From: Dimorphilus gyrociliatus
Lineage: Eukaryota > Animalia > Annelida
Length of the DNA stretch: 64,000 nt
Assembly: GCA_904063045.1 (NCBI GenBank)
Contig: CAJFCJ010000054.1
Coordinates: forward strand, 1 to 64,000
Direction of reading: 5' to 3'
The notes below the pieces were generated by a model, which was not told the DNA's origin, made no database searches, and was given only the letters and a program-made list of their open reading frames with translations. Shown piece after piece: positions 44,640 to 58,899 of the stretch (its first letter is position 1; each line of letters starts with the position of its first letter). The position numbers and the translations under genes were made by a program.

Positions 44640-47600
44640 TTTCAGCCTAATCGTTTAAACGGAAATTTTAGCAAAAAAACTGATAATTCCACAAAGTGCA
44701 TCTTGAAAAGTTTTCAAACAATCCAAAGGACGATAACGAAAAATGTTGACGATTTATTTGGTGAGATTCTCTCTTTATAAATAGTTCGAGTAAAAAATAC
44801 TTTTTTTAAAAATCTAGGAATGTTAATAAATCACCAAGCTTCTCCAACAAGTAATTCTTTTCAATATATTCAATCAAAACGAAAACTTAATTATTAATAT
44901 ACTCTTCATAATTTAGAAATGGTATATTGTTACAAACAGCAGACGATAAATCAAGATTTCAGCAATTTTAACACTAAATTCGTTATCTCTGCAAACAATA
45001 GAAATATTCGAGGATTGTATGAATGTACAATAATTTTAAATATTGATAGAACTTTGAATTCAGTTTGTTGTTTTATAGTTTAATTCACTTTTATGAGATA
45101 AAGACTCTCTCTCTCTCTCTCTCTCTTTCAATTTAGATCATAGAATTACAATTTGAAAATATGAATTTTCAAAATACATCAACATGTAGCAGCGATAGAT
45201 TGACATTTACGGACGATAGTAATTCCATTACATTCTGTCAATATAGATTACTGAATGGTAAGTTTCTTAAAAAGTAGCGATACCATCTCATTTATCCGTT
45301 TAAAAAATAGATATGGACGATAATCAGAGGTCAATAACAACAAATTTATTCTATATTGAGAAACCAATGCTGAATCAAAATTATCAAATAAAGCCAAAAG
45401 GGTCATTGGTTATTCGATACATCACTGACGGAGAATCTACTCAGTCGGAATTCTCTCTAATAGCTAACTTCAAAAATCCAACATTTCAGTGTGAAAAGCC
45501 AACTGAAAGTTCGGATAAAATTCAGAGAATAGAATGCAAGGATCACTCAAGAGATACATTCAATTTTGACTGTTCCGGTAGAGTACTTTTTATATCGACT
45601 AATAATACATACGCTTCCGGAGAAGACTGTACAGTAATTGTAAATACTTTATGCGGACAAATTGGGGTAAACAACATTTTAAATTGGTTTATAAATAAAT
45701 GAATTTAAAGTTTTTCCATTTGTTAATTTAGACATTTTTCTTTGAGTTTGAATCTTTCGATGTAGAAAAGCAGAATCTTTGCGAATATGATAAATTATAT
45801 ATTGCAAGCGAAAATGTAAATCGCACTTTCTGTGGAAGAGGCGGAAGAGGTAAAAACTTTCATATTCTTAAGACTATTGATATGAGCTAATGTATTGCCA
45901 GGGGATATTTCTGTTAGAGAAGATGATCGAATAATCCATCGCTCAGTTCAGCTCCATAAAGCTTATTCAATAAAAACTGTCAAGTCTGTTACTGTAAACT
46001 TTGTTACTGATGCAAGTGTTGTAAAGAGAGGATTTGTTATGAAAGCATGGTTTGATTGCGATAAGACAGAAGAGGACGAAATAGTAACTACCACTCCTAG
46101 AATGCCAAACACTACATCAGCAAATCGGGAAGATTCTCAACTACTGTATTGTCAGAATGGATCAAAAGAGACTATCACATTGGGTTGCAATAATAGAAAT
46201 TATACATTATCATCGAATGGTTCTTACAGATCATACGAGTCTTGTAACTATCATTTCATACTTGAAAATGGTTTAAAAGGGGTTAGTAGGTCAAAAGTTT
46301 ATTATTAATAAAATCATTTTCACATTATCATTTAGAGATTATCATTGGAATTTAAATCATTTCAAGTCGAACGTAGCATTGATTGTCTTTATGATTACAT
46401 TGGTTTTAGACAAGACAATAAGGAAATCCGTGTTTGTGGTTATGGGCAAAATGGTTAAGAAATTTCACATATAAAACAGTAGATTAAAATAATTATCTTT
46501 CTTCATTTTACAATTAATCAACAGATTCTTACAATAACCAAACAAGATTGTCCTCACCAGCAATACGTAACGGAGTGTATCTCAATACGAAGTACTATTT
46601 AGATATTGATGAATCACTAGATATATACTTTCGAAGTGATGGAAATTATGAATTCAGTGGCTTTGAAATTGGAATGAATTTTGATTGTAGTTATGAAATA
46701 AACTCAACTTTAAGACCGGAAATAAAATCCAGTATAATGAAGACATGTTACAATTGAATATTTCTGTACATTTTAAATATTTTACAGAGAAGGTAACCTG
46801 TCATACTGAAAATTCAACTTACCTGAATGTTGAGAACGGATTCGATGAATATATAATTACATCACCCAATAATCCATCATACTATAAATCCTATGATTAT
46901 AGTTGTTCAATTTATTTTTATAATTCTTTTTGTCAACATTCAAGCAGATCCAATTCAAAAAATTGGTGTACAGTCTACATTATATTTGACGAGTTAATCT
47001 TTAAAAACACGAAATGTGCCTCTAATAGATTAATCATTTCAAATAGATTTTCAAAAGTTACATATTGTTCTGCAGGTGTTTTTTTATTTTTACAAATTAG
47101 TAATCTATGCCAAAAAGTAATTGTATAATTATTCAATCAGACAATTCAAGTACAAATAATTCTTTGGGCGATATAAAACTGTTTGAAAATGAGGATATTA
47201 TGATAAATAAGATATACGAAATTAAATATTCCTACTCTATCAATATCGATATTTTTCTAACATCTTTTCCGTTTGCTAAACGTTTTAAATTACGAATTTT
47301 GAGAAATCTTGATAATATACCTGGATTTGGAAATATAGCTAAAGCTATTGGAGAAAGAACAACCATCTCTCCTTGGATTGGGACAAACGAAACAACAATG
47401 AATTATACGTTGGAAAAAACTGAATCAACCCAAAACAATGACAGTAATGTTGTTTTATATAAATCTATAATGATGTAATTGAATTATCTTCTATTTAAAA
47501 AGCTGTAGTAGAGTGCAATGGAATAATCTACTTGAATAGATCAGACATATGTAACAAGACAATATCGATTGTCCCAATAATGAATTTTACATCCAATCGT

Positions 47601-48048
47601 CGAAATTACTACAGTTGTGACGTTAGGTTTTATACACGACAGACAACTCCACAAGTACATTACTTAGCTAGTCTAAAAGTTTATAAATCTACTAAAATAC
47701 TATCATCTCTTTTGAACAGGAAGCTTTTATAGAATTTACTGAACTTCCGGTTAATTTAGCTAATAGTCAAACTCCTACTATTACACTTAATGACAACTTG
47801 AATAGAATAACTTATTATAAAATTGGTAAATATGTTATTTAAATTTAATTATAAATATTTTATGGTGAAAATTTCTGGTAAAAGGTACTCAACGGAATTC
47901 TCTTTCTCGTATCTCTATGAATGAAAATATCATATATAAGAACATGAGATATAAACTGAACTTTAGGAAATGGTTCGGTTTGAACTACGGAATCTATGGC
48001 AAAATGAATGAACAACATTTTCGACTCGAAGTTAAATACAGATGCTAA
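44640..48048 (+). CDS. Multi-exon, multi-CUB-domain extracellular protein (exact 5' end unresolved)
   Basis: CUB motifs LQFENMNF..CSSDRL..FC; FESFDVE..CEYDKL..FCG; FKSFQVERSIDCLYDYI..VCG; ITSPNNPSYY; FRSDGNYEFSGF; last exon ends HFRLEVKYRC*. Confidence 0.8.
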
Positions 48049-48289
48049 AAATTTAATCCAATTATGCACAATTAGTTTTTTAATAACATAGATTATTTTG
48101 AATAAATGATTAACATTCAAGAAGCAATTGGCTCTCTCTCTTTAGTTCATCTAAAAGGGTTAGATAAATGAATTGGTGTTGAGAATTGATGGTAAAATAT
48201 AGAATATCTCATTCTTGGCTTTAATGAAATGAGAATTTCAAATTTATTCCTCAAATTTGAATTGTGGACCATCGGGATCCTTAATGTTA

Positions 48290-48420
48290 TCCTAAAGTCT
48301 TTTCACTATGATTTTTCCATGTCCTGAAGTCGTCAGGGTCACTCAGTGAGAATCTAGCCTTGTTGGTGAAAATTACTTTAGATCAGTTGTTATTGTTTGA
48401 ATTTCCTAAAGAATATGATG
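48290..48420 (-). mobile_element. Tc1 transposase micro-fragment
   Basis: N*SKVIFTNKARFSLSDPD resembles WSKVIFTDESRFSL. Confidence 0.4.
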
Positions 48421-49012
48421 AAATTTAGAGGTTAGATGAAATGTTTGTTAATTTACCCTTAATACTTGTTTATATGCTTTCTTCTTTTATCTGTCGAATC
48501 TCAACTAGACAGTTCACACAAATGACTACCTATACCCTGGTGTGCTTTATTCTATAAAGATAAGTAGTATCTTTCGCTGTGCTGATTGAACTGATAGACA
48601 TGTTGGATTTGTCCTAAAAAAAATTTTTGTTTTTGTGAACATTGACATCCATGAACTATTAACCTTTTAAAATATATATATTTTTATAATTGATTTTATA
48701 TATTGATGGATAAGGAGATAATTATTTTTGAATTTGAAAGAACAATGCTAATACATTACAATATTACTCCAAAAAAGGCAAATAAGAGACTGGAAAATTG
48801 AATTTAGCATGACATTCAAAAGTGTCATTCAATTTAAAAAAAGTTTTAGAGTCTTAATAAAACGATTAGAGTATTTTTTTAAGAATTGGAAAATTTTTCT
48901 AATGAAAAACCCTCTCTACAAGAAAAAAGAAAAGAATTCATCTCTATCTGATACATATTAAATAGTAAAAAACAAAAAAAAACTCTTTTTGTCAAAGATC
49001 TTTTATTTTTAT

Positions 49013-49523
49013 TTAAATTTGTCTTTGAATTTCTTTTACAATTATAACACCTGTAGATTTATGTCTACTTTCCCATTCGTTATTTATTTGACAAAGTGTA
49101 CAGCATGGGCAAAAGTGAGCTGTACAGCAATCGCCACATAAACTTCCAGGAATATTGTATTTTCCTCGAATGTAGGATCTCATAGCTGATATTGTTGGTG
49201 GAAGAGAGGAAATACAACATAATGCACCCTCATTGATTTTACATGTAACATATATTGAAAAACATGGACAGCAGAATGCTCCAGCCAAGCCTAATTGAAA
49301 ATATAAAAAAAAAGTCTATTATTTTTCATAGTAAGTTTTAAATGTCAAAAATGTTTACATCCAGGAACATTATCGAAACAACTGCATAAACCATTAATCC
49401 AACTTTCTTGAACAATATAGTCTCTATTTCCTGTCTGTAAAATGTAATAAAATTTTTAAAAATTTAATTTTTAATATTATTTATGCATTTAAAGAAAAAA
49501 AATTTAAAGTAATTTACTTCCAT
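49013..49523 (-). CDS. PLAC8/cornifelin-family Cys-rich protein (3 exons)
   Basis: ME|TGNRDYIVQESWINGLCSCFDNVPG|CLAGAFCCPC..RSYIRGKYNIPGSLCGDCCTAHFCPCCTLCQ..E; GT-AG introns. Confidence 0.9.
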
Positions 49524-50289
49524 TGTCCAATAAATTTAGTTTTGAGAGACTGTTTTCCTTTTTCAACTTTAAAAATAACTGAAAATGGAAAGTAGAAAAT
49601 AGGATCAGGCTTATCTTAAATCTATATCTTTTAGATAATAAAGTTTATCTTGAAATTTTCTCCTTGAAATCTACCTTTACAATCAGTAGAAGAGTTTTAT
49701 TTAGTGAGAACCAAATACATTTTTAAGAAGAGCTAGTAACTCCTCCAATTACATTACAATAAAAGTACAGATAGATAAGCATCAATATTATTGATTGTAA
49801 AATTTATCTTTAATTCTATTCTTTCAATCAGTTAAGGTATTTATCTATTGATATAATTATTTCGATAGTATTCATTATCTCCAAGTGTAGATTTTCCATT
49901 TATGGGATGGTTTTACTGCATGTTAAAACAATTGGAAAATGTTACCTCTGAACAGAAAATATATTGTCCATTTTTGCTTTTGAAATGCATTTAACATATC
50001 TTGTTTCAGTTTTAGAGTTAGTTTTATATCTTTTACAATTTGACAGAAAAAGGATACAAGCACCATCTAGTGTCTTATTGTAAATTCCTCTTGCTCTTTC
50101 AAATAATCTTTGATTGCAATTTAAAGATTTAGTTTTGCTAAATGTTTTTTAAAAAAGATTATATCTTAAAATGCAGGTGTGAAACATTATGATTGCAAGA
50201 ATAACTAATGAATCCAGAGCCAGAAGTGACTAGTAAAAGTTATTGACTATCAGATAAAAACACAAAAAAATATTATAAAATGGTCAAAG

Positions 50290-51030
50290 TTTAAAAAAGG
50301 TTTATAAAACTTCCAGTTTTTAAAATAATTTTTAATCTTCTATATCTGGCTTCTTTACTTAAAATATAATTATTTTTAGAGATGAGCGATAATGTAAAAA
50401 TACAGAAAATAAGTATTTTTAAACTATTGACAAATGTTAATAATGAAAAAGAGAAAAATTGAATAGAACCATCCATCTTTTCTGTGATTTCCTAAATGAA
50501 TATAAAAAACAGAATGACAATCCTGAGTAGTAATTCTTAATATAAAAATAATATAGACCTATATTTTAATAATGGAGTCAAAAAATATGAGATAAATAAA
50601 GTCTACAAAGTGTAAAAATGGCTAAATAGAAAGTATTAATGATAAAAAGATTGAAATTGATGTTAAAATTGCAACTTGAATTTTGGAAAGATTTTGAAAT
50701 TTTAAACCTTAATTCAATACTTTTTTTTCCTACGCCAGAAGAAGTAGGCTAAAATTTGATAAAACAATTGAAAATGTTGTTGAAATATCAGAAAAATGGC
50801 ACAAATTTCTATTCCTCCATTCAAAATCATTTTCAATATAGATATTTAAAAACCTGATATCTTGAATGGAAATGATTGAGAAATAGATTGAAAATAATAG
50901 ATTTGTTAATGTTAGCGTCATGTTAAACAATTAAGATGGTCTAGTGAAATTTCTTAAAATTGTTATTAAACACAAGACATTCAGCAGAAAGGAAGAGAAT
51001 GAAAATGTATATATAGAAACTGGTAGCCAA
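50290..51030 (-). pseudogene. LGR/RXFP-like GPCR remnant (TM1-TM3 and a later TM)
   Basis: SFSSFLLNVLCLITILR (TM1); LTNLLFSIYFSIISIQDIRFLNIYIENDFEWRNRNLCHFS (TM2-ECL1-C); stops. Confidence 0.6.
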
Positions 51031-51924
51031 AAATCTCCTTTATTTAAAGAAATAAAAAGTTGATAGTAGTGTTGTACAAATTTGGTTATATTTAACATGC
51101 TTGAACTCTATTATTTTATGCAACATATACATGTACATCTTAAAACCTAGGCAAGAAAATGCTATAACATTGGCCGAACATAAGTCTGATTAGTCAGCTT
51201 GAAGGCTCATCTTTAATTACCAATAAAGGTTTGGCCAAGTTATAATTTAATTAACTTGCCTAGGGTGTGGCCAAGTTATAATTCAATTAACCTTCCTAAA
51301 TGTTCAACCTTTTAACATCCTCTTACTAAACATAAATATGAACTACACATTTCAGCAACTGTAAAGTGATGATTGGATGTCAGAGGCAAACCTCAAAGTA
51401 TATAAATCATTACTATTCTCATTCTGCATGCAGCTTCCATCTGGACCCAAGGACCTGGGAAGATAAGCTGGAAACAACCTCCACTGGAACCATGCATCTA
51501 CTCCTCAACATTGGAAGACAGTTTGGTAATTTGTCAACCTGCTATTACAAACTATCTACTCTGCTATTGAACTCTCATATTGTTACTTGCTTAAGTATTA
51601 TTATTGCAAATAAACCATTTTAATTTTAAACACTTGTTTAAAAGGTTCGAGTAGAACCAGTATTGTTATAACTTGCAAGAGCAGTACAGTGTCACCTTTT
51701 AAAGGAACAGATTATATTAAATCACCACATGACATAGATTCATCTCTCTTTGTTTTACAAAATATCATTTTCAGTTTTTCAACAGAATGCCAGTATTTCT
51801 CAGATAAGATATGTGAAAATCACTCTTGACCAGTCCAGATTTTCAGCAATTGTTTTGAGGCAGTATTCTTTTCTTCTTGCTCAATCCTTAGGTGTAAGAT
51901 TAACTCTTTGTCTTATCCTTTTAT

Positions 51925-52442
51925 ATTTATAATTTTGAATTCAAATAAGCCAAATGGTGTAATGAAAGCAGGTTTCTCCTTATTTTCCTCCTTATTGGGA
52001 ACATTTGTGAAATGCACTTGTTAGATCCAATATTGAAAAGTGTCTATGACCTCCTCCAAGTTTGTCAAATAGATCTTCCTGATATGGGATTGTGTAGCAA
52101 TTTCCCTTTGATTGCTAGCTGAGTTTCTTATAATCAACACACATTCTTAATGCTCCTTCTTTCTTTCATGATACCTTCATGGCTCTTGATCATTTCTTTT
52201 AATTCTTCTCTGCTCTCGTTGATATTATTTTTGGACACATGTAAATAATTGTCAGTTTCTAATGTATTTAAATTAATAATGTTTACATTTTGATTAGGCA
52301 AACATTCAAACTCAATGCTTTCCTGATGTAATTGTTCTAACTCGGGAAAAGTTGGAATTATCTCTGGTTTCTTTTCAATTTTGATGGTTATTCCATCTTC
52401 CAATTCAATGTATTGTAGCTTTATTTCAATTGTTGAATTCAA
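51925..52442 (-). mobile_element. Gypsy reverse-transcriptase remnant; adjacent Tc1 scrap at ~51810-51920
   Basis: CVDYKKLS*..TIPYQEDLFDKLGGGHRHFSILDLTSAFH..EKPAFITPFGLFEF; then LTPKD*ARRKEYC..DWSRVIFT. Confidence 0.75.
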
Positions 52443-52514
52443 TTTTTCAGGTGTGATTTCAGTCTCTTCTTGAGAGGAATTTATAAGAATTGTGCACTTT
52501 GGTATAATGATATA

Positions 52515-52780
52515 TTAATATTCAGACTTTAGATATAAAGGTACATTAGAAAGACTTTCTATTTCATAGCAATTAGAATGGTGGAAGTTGTGTTCGATAT
52601 AACAGTCTTTCATATTTTTGTTACATGAGAATTATGAGACCATCAGATTGCAACTTTGTAATCTTTTAACCAATTGAACCCAAGCTTTGGCCAATGTACC
52701 AGCTTGTCAGTTCAGTTTTTTAACTGTAACTGGTTGTTTAAAGGAGCAGAAATTCCTACAATTACAATACAACAAAGTAC
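52515..52780 (+). mobile_element. Internally deleted copy of LTR-like family A
   Basis: Colinear blocks shared with 27125-27770, ending CAACAAAGTACA. Confidence 0.65.
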
Positions 52781-53677
52781 AGGTATAGCGGAAATTATGT
52801 TTGTTTCAATTAATTCTTTATGGGTATACTATTATTGTTATATTTAAATATACTTTGTGAATAAAATTGTAATTATTTTATCACATTATTAGTTGTTTCT
52901 TATAGATTCAGATATACAAAACTAGGTCATCGTCCATTGATCGGAAGAGTTTTGACTTAAAAAAATCTTTTACATATGTCCCATATTGGCTTCAATAATG
53001 TTGAAGTCTGGGCAGTTGGGTGGCCATGGATGCAATGTTTCAACTTTCTTTTTCTTTATTTTGCTCTGGCTGCTGTATCCCTCTATAATAATTTGCAACA
53101 ACATACTTGCTCAATATCTTGTTATAGTCTGATGCTGTCATGTGATTAGACGCTAAAGCCAACTCTATCTCAAAATTTAATATAGCCAAAAATCATGATA
53201 CTCCCTCCTCCAAAATTTCACTGTTTTTTGTTACTCACCTCCTCAATGGTCGCGGCTGTAGTCAGTTTAAGTTTTTAGGGAGCGACAGGTGAGATTTTCC
53301 TCACAATCTCATTTTGTTCAAAAATTATTCATTGATTTTCAGTTTTAGCCACGTAGTAAAAGGAGAAAACTAGTTTTTTCTTTATTTTTTCATTAATAAA
53401 CACTCATTGTTGTCAAAATAATACTGAGAGTCGTTTAAATTGATAAAATCGTCATATTACTTTTTAATGATTAGCAGTTTGTCTACAGTTCTCATGCTTT
53501 GTAGTTAATAATTAAAATATAATTAACTACTAATCAGCGACTATATTGATATATCATTATTTTAAAATTTGTATTCATTGAGATCAATACACGATCTTCT
53601 TGTATAAAAAAGAAGAAAGAATTAAATCAAACTTGTTTTAAAAAATTGTTTTAATCCTCTCTCTCTCTCTGGAAAGT

Positions 53678-56600
53678 ATGATAAATTTAACAAATCTAAC
53701 AATTATCACGGCTATAAGCGTTTTATTTAGCCAAGGAAACGCAGGTTTCTTGAAGAATTTCTTTTTTTATTAAATTAATTCTATTCAATAAATTTATAAA
53801 ATTTTTCTTTCAGAAAATCAACATTGTTTAAGTAATGAAAATTGTTTACAGTTTGAAATCTGTGCATTTGGCAAATGCATTTGTAATTTACAATATGGAC
53901 AAGATTTCTGCGATAATAGTAAGATTAAAATATTTTTGCTTGGAGAAAATATGGATTTTAAAGGTATTCCTAAGATCAGGGAAAGTAGGGTTAAAAGCTA
54001 AAATTTTTTGTCCACATTTTCTCCAACATTCAAACATTTTTTAACAAAAAAAAAAAATCTGAAAAATCTTTGTATTTAATAAAAAGGTAAGAATTTAATT
54101 TTAAAAAGAATGAAATTTGTAAATAAAGTTAGTAATACTACTATTTCTGTTAAATCAATTGACGAATGCTACAAAATCTGTTTAAACACTACTCAATACG
54201 ACTGTGTTGGAATTTCTTATACGAAAGGAAATAATACAAATGTTAATTTTCAATGTCAAATATTTAGTGAAATTTCTTTTCCATTAATTGAAAGTGAAAA
54301 TTCTTCATTAATTATTCGAAAAGGTAAAAACCAAAATCAGTAAAAGAAGACAAGGAGGGACAACGCTGTCCTTCTTTGTTATCGTGAATAGCGATTTTAT
54401 TTGAAAAACAACGATCTATACAGACAAACAACTAGGTGTTTGCGGCTCTAATTCTAGTATAGTACCACCAATGGAAGAATGCTATTCATATTTATGGATT
54501 GAAAGTGGTTGCTTTACAGAAGAATTTAGGCCTACTGAACTGGAAGAATCGATGACTATTTCTCAGTTTAGCATTTACGTTAAAGATGTTTTTAAATTAT
54601 CTATGAAAAAACACCAAATAAATTCAAATACGAAGAATTATAGATTAATCTGCTACAAGAATCTTTATGATAGAACGAACATAGCTTTTAATAGAAAAGT
54701 TACGTATTCTGGAAAATTGGATAGTCCATTACTAGATCCAATCCACATTGTGGATGGTTTATATCACAACGACATTTCTTTAGGATCTTGTTCAATATTG
54801 ACAATGTTTAATTCAACTAAACCAAAACTATCAATTGAATTGAGTGAATATCACGAAGAGATAAAAATTGTTTTGTGGCCGACAAACGAAGAAAGTAAAC
54901 TAAAAACAAAAACAAAAAAATTATCTTTTTCCTTATTAATTCCTTTTTGTTTTTCGTTTAGTAAATCAAACATTTATTGTTTATATATCCGAACCGAATA
55001 ATTTATGCTCCAATAACGTCGAATTAGAAATGAATTCAACAGCCAAAGTCTTTTGTAGTAATTTAAAAGAAAACGGAAGTGAAATAATAATTGAAGTAAA
55101 ATTTAACGATAACCTTCACCTTTGCGAAGTGGAAATATTTTCAGGTGAATAAATTAAATATAATTTATATAAATATTAAAAATTCAATTAAATCTACTTT
55201 TTTTTTTACAGTAAATTTAGCTTTTAAAAAACCAGTTTTATCCAAATTAGCAAAAAAGAATCTATATAATTTAACAAATGGCCTAATTAGTAATTATGTA
55301 TTATTTCACCTTGGAATTGATTATTGGCTAGCAATTAATCTTTTAGCTTACTTTAAAGTTTTTGGTTTAGACGTTAAACCCAGTTTAACTTTTTTAAATT
55401 CATTTAAAAATTTTTACATTGAATTAACCAATGAAAATCCTGCTTTGGCCTATGACGTAATCAATTATCAATTTTGCGGAAGAAAGAATAATAGTCTATT
55501 AACTACTGATGAATATTATACAATTTTATGCTCTAAAGGTGGTGTAGAAGGTCAATTTGTCGTCTTTCGTAGTAATCGTAGTAATTACGCAAGTATTACA
55601 TTTAAAGAAATTGAAATATTTGGATATTTTTTAAGATTTCCCTATCAACAAAATACGAATATCCTCTTAAATAAACCGGTATGGTCCTCTTCCATCTTTA
55701 AACACAAACACGCAGGTTCCAGACTAACGAATGGAAATTTCAATGATTTATTCCATAGCAAAGGAGAAATATATCCTTGGATCAGAGTAGATTTACTTGG
55801 AATGTATGTAATTCAAAAAATGTCTGTTACAAACAGAAATGGATATTGTAAGTGTTGAATTTTGTTTTTTCAATATGATAAATGAAATATGTTTAAGAAA
55901 TATTCTCTTTCATAGACGCATTTAGAGCGAGAAACGTAACGGGAATCGTATCGAATTATTCAGAATTTTCAATTGAAAATCAACATTTATTTTCTCAAAT
56001 TTGCTTTAGTAATAATGGATTATTTGATCAAGGAGAATATAAAATGTGGATATGTCAACAACCATTTCCTATTGGTAGATTTGCTATACTATATCTTTAC
56101 GATAATGATAATCCTATACATTTGCATATTATTGAATTTGAAGCCTATGGCGAAGAAATAGTTAATCATAATTTTACACTTTTATCACTAGTTAAAAGTG
56201 ACAGAAATGTTAATATTACCAATATTTTTGACAGCAGCAATGGTGGAAAAGATGAATTTCCTTTAAAAATTATTGACAATTTAGCTTCAAATATTATTTT
56301 AGAAAGTGAATTTTTGTCTTGTAGCGGAACTTTAACGAATGGAAATTTTGAGGGAAGAATCAGTATTTATTTGAATAATTTTCATATGATTCATCAAATT
56401 GCTCTTCTTTTTCCACTTTTATCCGATGAAGGTATTGAAAATATTGTCCAGTATATACTATATATATATTTCTATATTTCTTTATTTATTCATTTCAAAA
56501 AGATGAAAACCAAAAAAATTCTCAAAATATAGAAACTACAGTTGAAATACTTTCAACTGAAATACAAAGACAAATTTGTAATTTAACAAACAAGCCAAGT

Positions 56601-57503
56601 TTTGAATATTTCTTTTATAACTGTAAATTTATTGGTAATAGAATATCATTTTATAAAATTGACGAAAATAAAAATCCTATTCAAATTTGTCAAGTTTATA
56701 TTTTTGGTGAAAAAATATCTTCTAACTTACAAAGTTTGTCATTTTCTTTTTATTAATAAATTATTTTTCAATTCTTTTATTTATTAATAAAAGATTCAGG
56801 TAGAATTTTGAATGGAACAATTGGTTATTCGACGAAAATTTACAGATTTACCATAACTCTTTTTGCGGTTATACTACTCAAGATTATTATGTACAATTAC
56901 CAGTTTATAATCAATTCAACGCAATTGGATTTTCTTTAAGAAAAACAGCAAATTTTTCATTAGGTTTACAAATTTTTGGAGTAAAATATAGCGAAGAAAT
57001 ACTTTGTACAAAATTGTATAAAATTCTTAAAGTTATTCAACCAACATTCTTTACATTTCCTTGTAATGAAGAAATTATTGCAAAATATTTGAGAATTTAT
57101 TCATCGAATCAAGAATACGAAATTTGTAATTATTACGTAATCAGTAAAATAGAAATAAACACCAATTTGACAGGTAAAAAAACTTTTAATTTGGTAATAA
57201 TTGATTGAGTTTGAAAAATATTTCCATTTCAAAGTTTATAATATGTTGAAAAATGAAAATACATCCATCAAACCAGAATATACCTACGCCGTAAAGGAAA
57301 CAGTTGACTTTTTATCTTGTTATTTATCTTGCCTAAATGAAAATGAATGCGAAAGTATAAACTACTCAACAATTGATAAAAGTTGTAAATTTAGTAAATT
57401 TGCAATTCTATCAAATTTACGAGGTTATTTGTTAGAAAATACTTGCAAAAAGTCTTGTGTTACACTATATAAAGTGGATAATTGTGAATTTGAACTTTGT
57501 TGA
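53678..57503 (+). CDS. Secreted mosaic lectin: EGF-like - PAN/Apple - Cys module - several fucolectin (FTP)/discoidin domains - PAN/Apple; multi-exon
   Basis: Signal-like exon MINLTNLTIITAISVLFSQGNA; CLSNENC..CAFGKCICNLQYGQDFC; ECYKICL..CVGISY..C; NIAFNRKV..VDG, NLAFKKPV..TNG, NILLNKPV..TNG..PWIRVDL; SCYLSCL..CESINY..C; exon boundaries only partly resolved. Confidence 0.78.
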
Positions 57504-58477
57504 ATAAAGGGCGGTGACGATGTAAAATGTTTGAAATCATCAACGTCAATCCGAAGATTTGTGTTCCGTAAACCTCAAATTCTTTGTCGCGAAATGTAAT
57601 CTACTTTTAACTAGATATTTATTAACAAAATTACGTAATAAATGTATGGATTTTCGCAATTTTTCCAATCGTTACACATTACAGTTAGTTGTGCAAGACT
57701 TACTGTTTTCTTATCGTTGCTATAGCTACGCCCTCAATAATAATTCAATAAACTATTTAAAAGCCAGACTGAAACAAAAGTACAAGATAGTTATTGCAAT
57801 GTTAGTTTTGTATTACTGAATTATTTTTTCAGGTTGAATTGAAAATGGTTTGGAGCGAAAGCGAACCAAGTTGCTTTAAGTATTTTATTGTAAAATTCTT
57901 TATTGCAGAAATTCACTTTGCACCTTAGCAACTGCAAAAACTATGTATATAAATGACTGGTTTCACTAGTATGTTCAGTGAGAGAACATTGTCAAGACAC
58001 TGACTGTCTGCGTTAATTGGCAGATGTCGTCAATATGGTGGATTGGAAATGGATCACTGGTTTAAACAAAGACTAACAGTTATCAGATTGATTGCTTACT
58101 TCTTTTTACTGCATGTTTTAATCATGGAGTAAAACTGGGTTTATTTCTTTTTCAAAAGATTCACATCTTTTCAATTTGTTTTTAAACCTCGGTTGATGAA
58201 TTGTTCTACTTCGAAAGCAGCTCTGCAATCGAGCTATAAAGCACACAAAAGGGCAGAAGTAGAATTTTTCAGAGACCACATCATTTTGCGATTTAACTCT
58301 ACTGTGACTTGGCAATTAGTAGTTTTAAACAGCATATGATTGCGGTCTATGAATCTTATCTTCTAATTCATTGCGAAGTATGCAAAAAGTCTGTCTATAA
58401 CTTCAATTTGTTTGAATCATGGCTATACTTCTGGTCTACCAGTTTCATTGAGAGAACTTGCATTAAATCAATTTGGG

Positions 58478-58684
58478 GGAGTTGACAGAAAATGTCCACA
58501 AATGAAAAATTTCAAGACAAAAATTTGGATTGAGAAATGGTTAGGCAAAAGAAAACAGCAACTGATTTGTATTTAGGAGGGTCTCCTTTAAGGGTTAAGG
58601 GTAATGGAAAAGGTTAGCTACAGCTAAGGGCTGGGTTAGGCTTAGGGTAAAAGTACTGATTTGTGGATGTTTTCTGTCGCATCC
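58478..58684 (+). mobile_element. 207-bp Mutator-type TTAGGG-MITE (subfamily 1, older copy)
   Basis: TIR GACAGAAAATGTCCACAAAT; TSD CAATTTGGG / CAATTTGAG (1 mismatch). Confidence 0.88.
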
Positions 58685-58899
58685 CAATTTGAGCTATATT
58701 GTAAATATGAAAATTACAGGCCTACAAATAGAATTTATTTATGAATGCGTAATTTCTAGTATAGATTAAAAATAAACAGGTTGTGTATAATGGAGTATAT
58801 TAATACAGCAAATGTTAATTGGTGTACTGGTATGATGGAACAACAAAAAATTCATAATAATAATAAAGGTTATTTGATGCGATAGAAAAAGGCTCCCTG

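Noticed and set aside
45105-45126. (CT)n/(GA)n microsatellites (also ~5224, ~48131, ~53657)
   Set aside because: Ordinary short simple repeats
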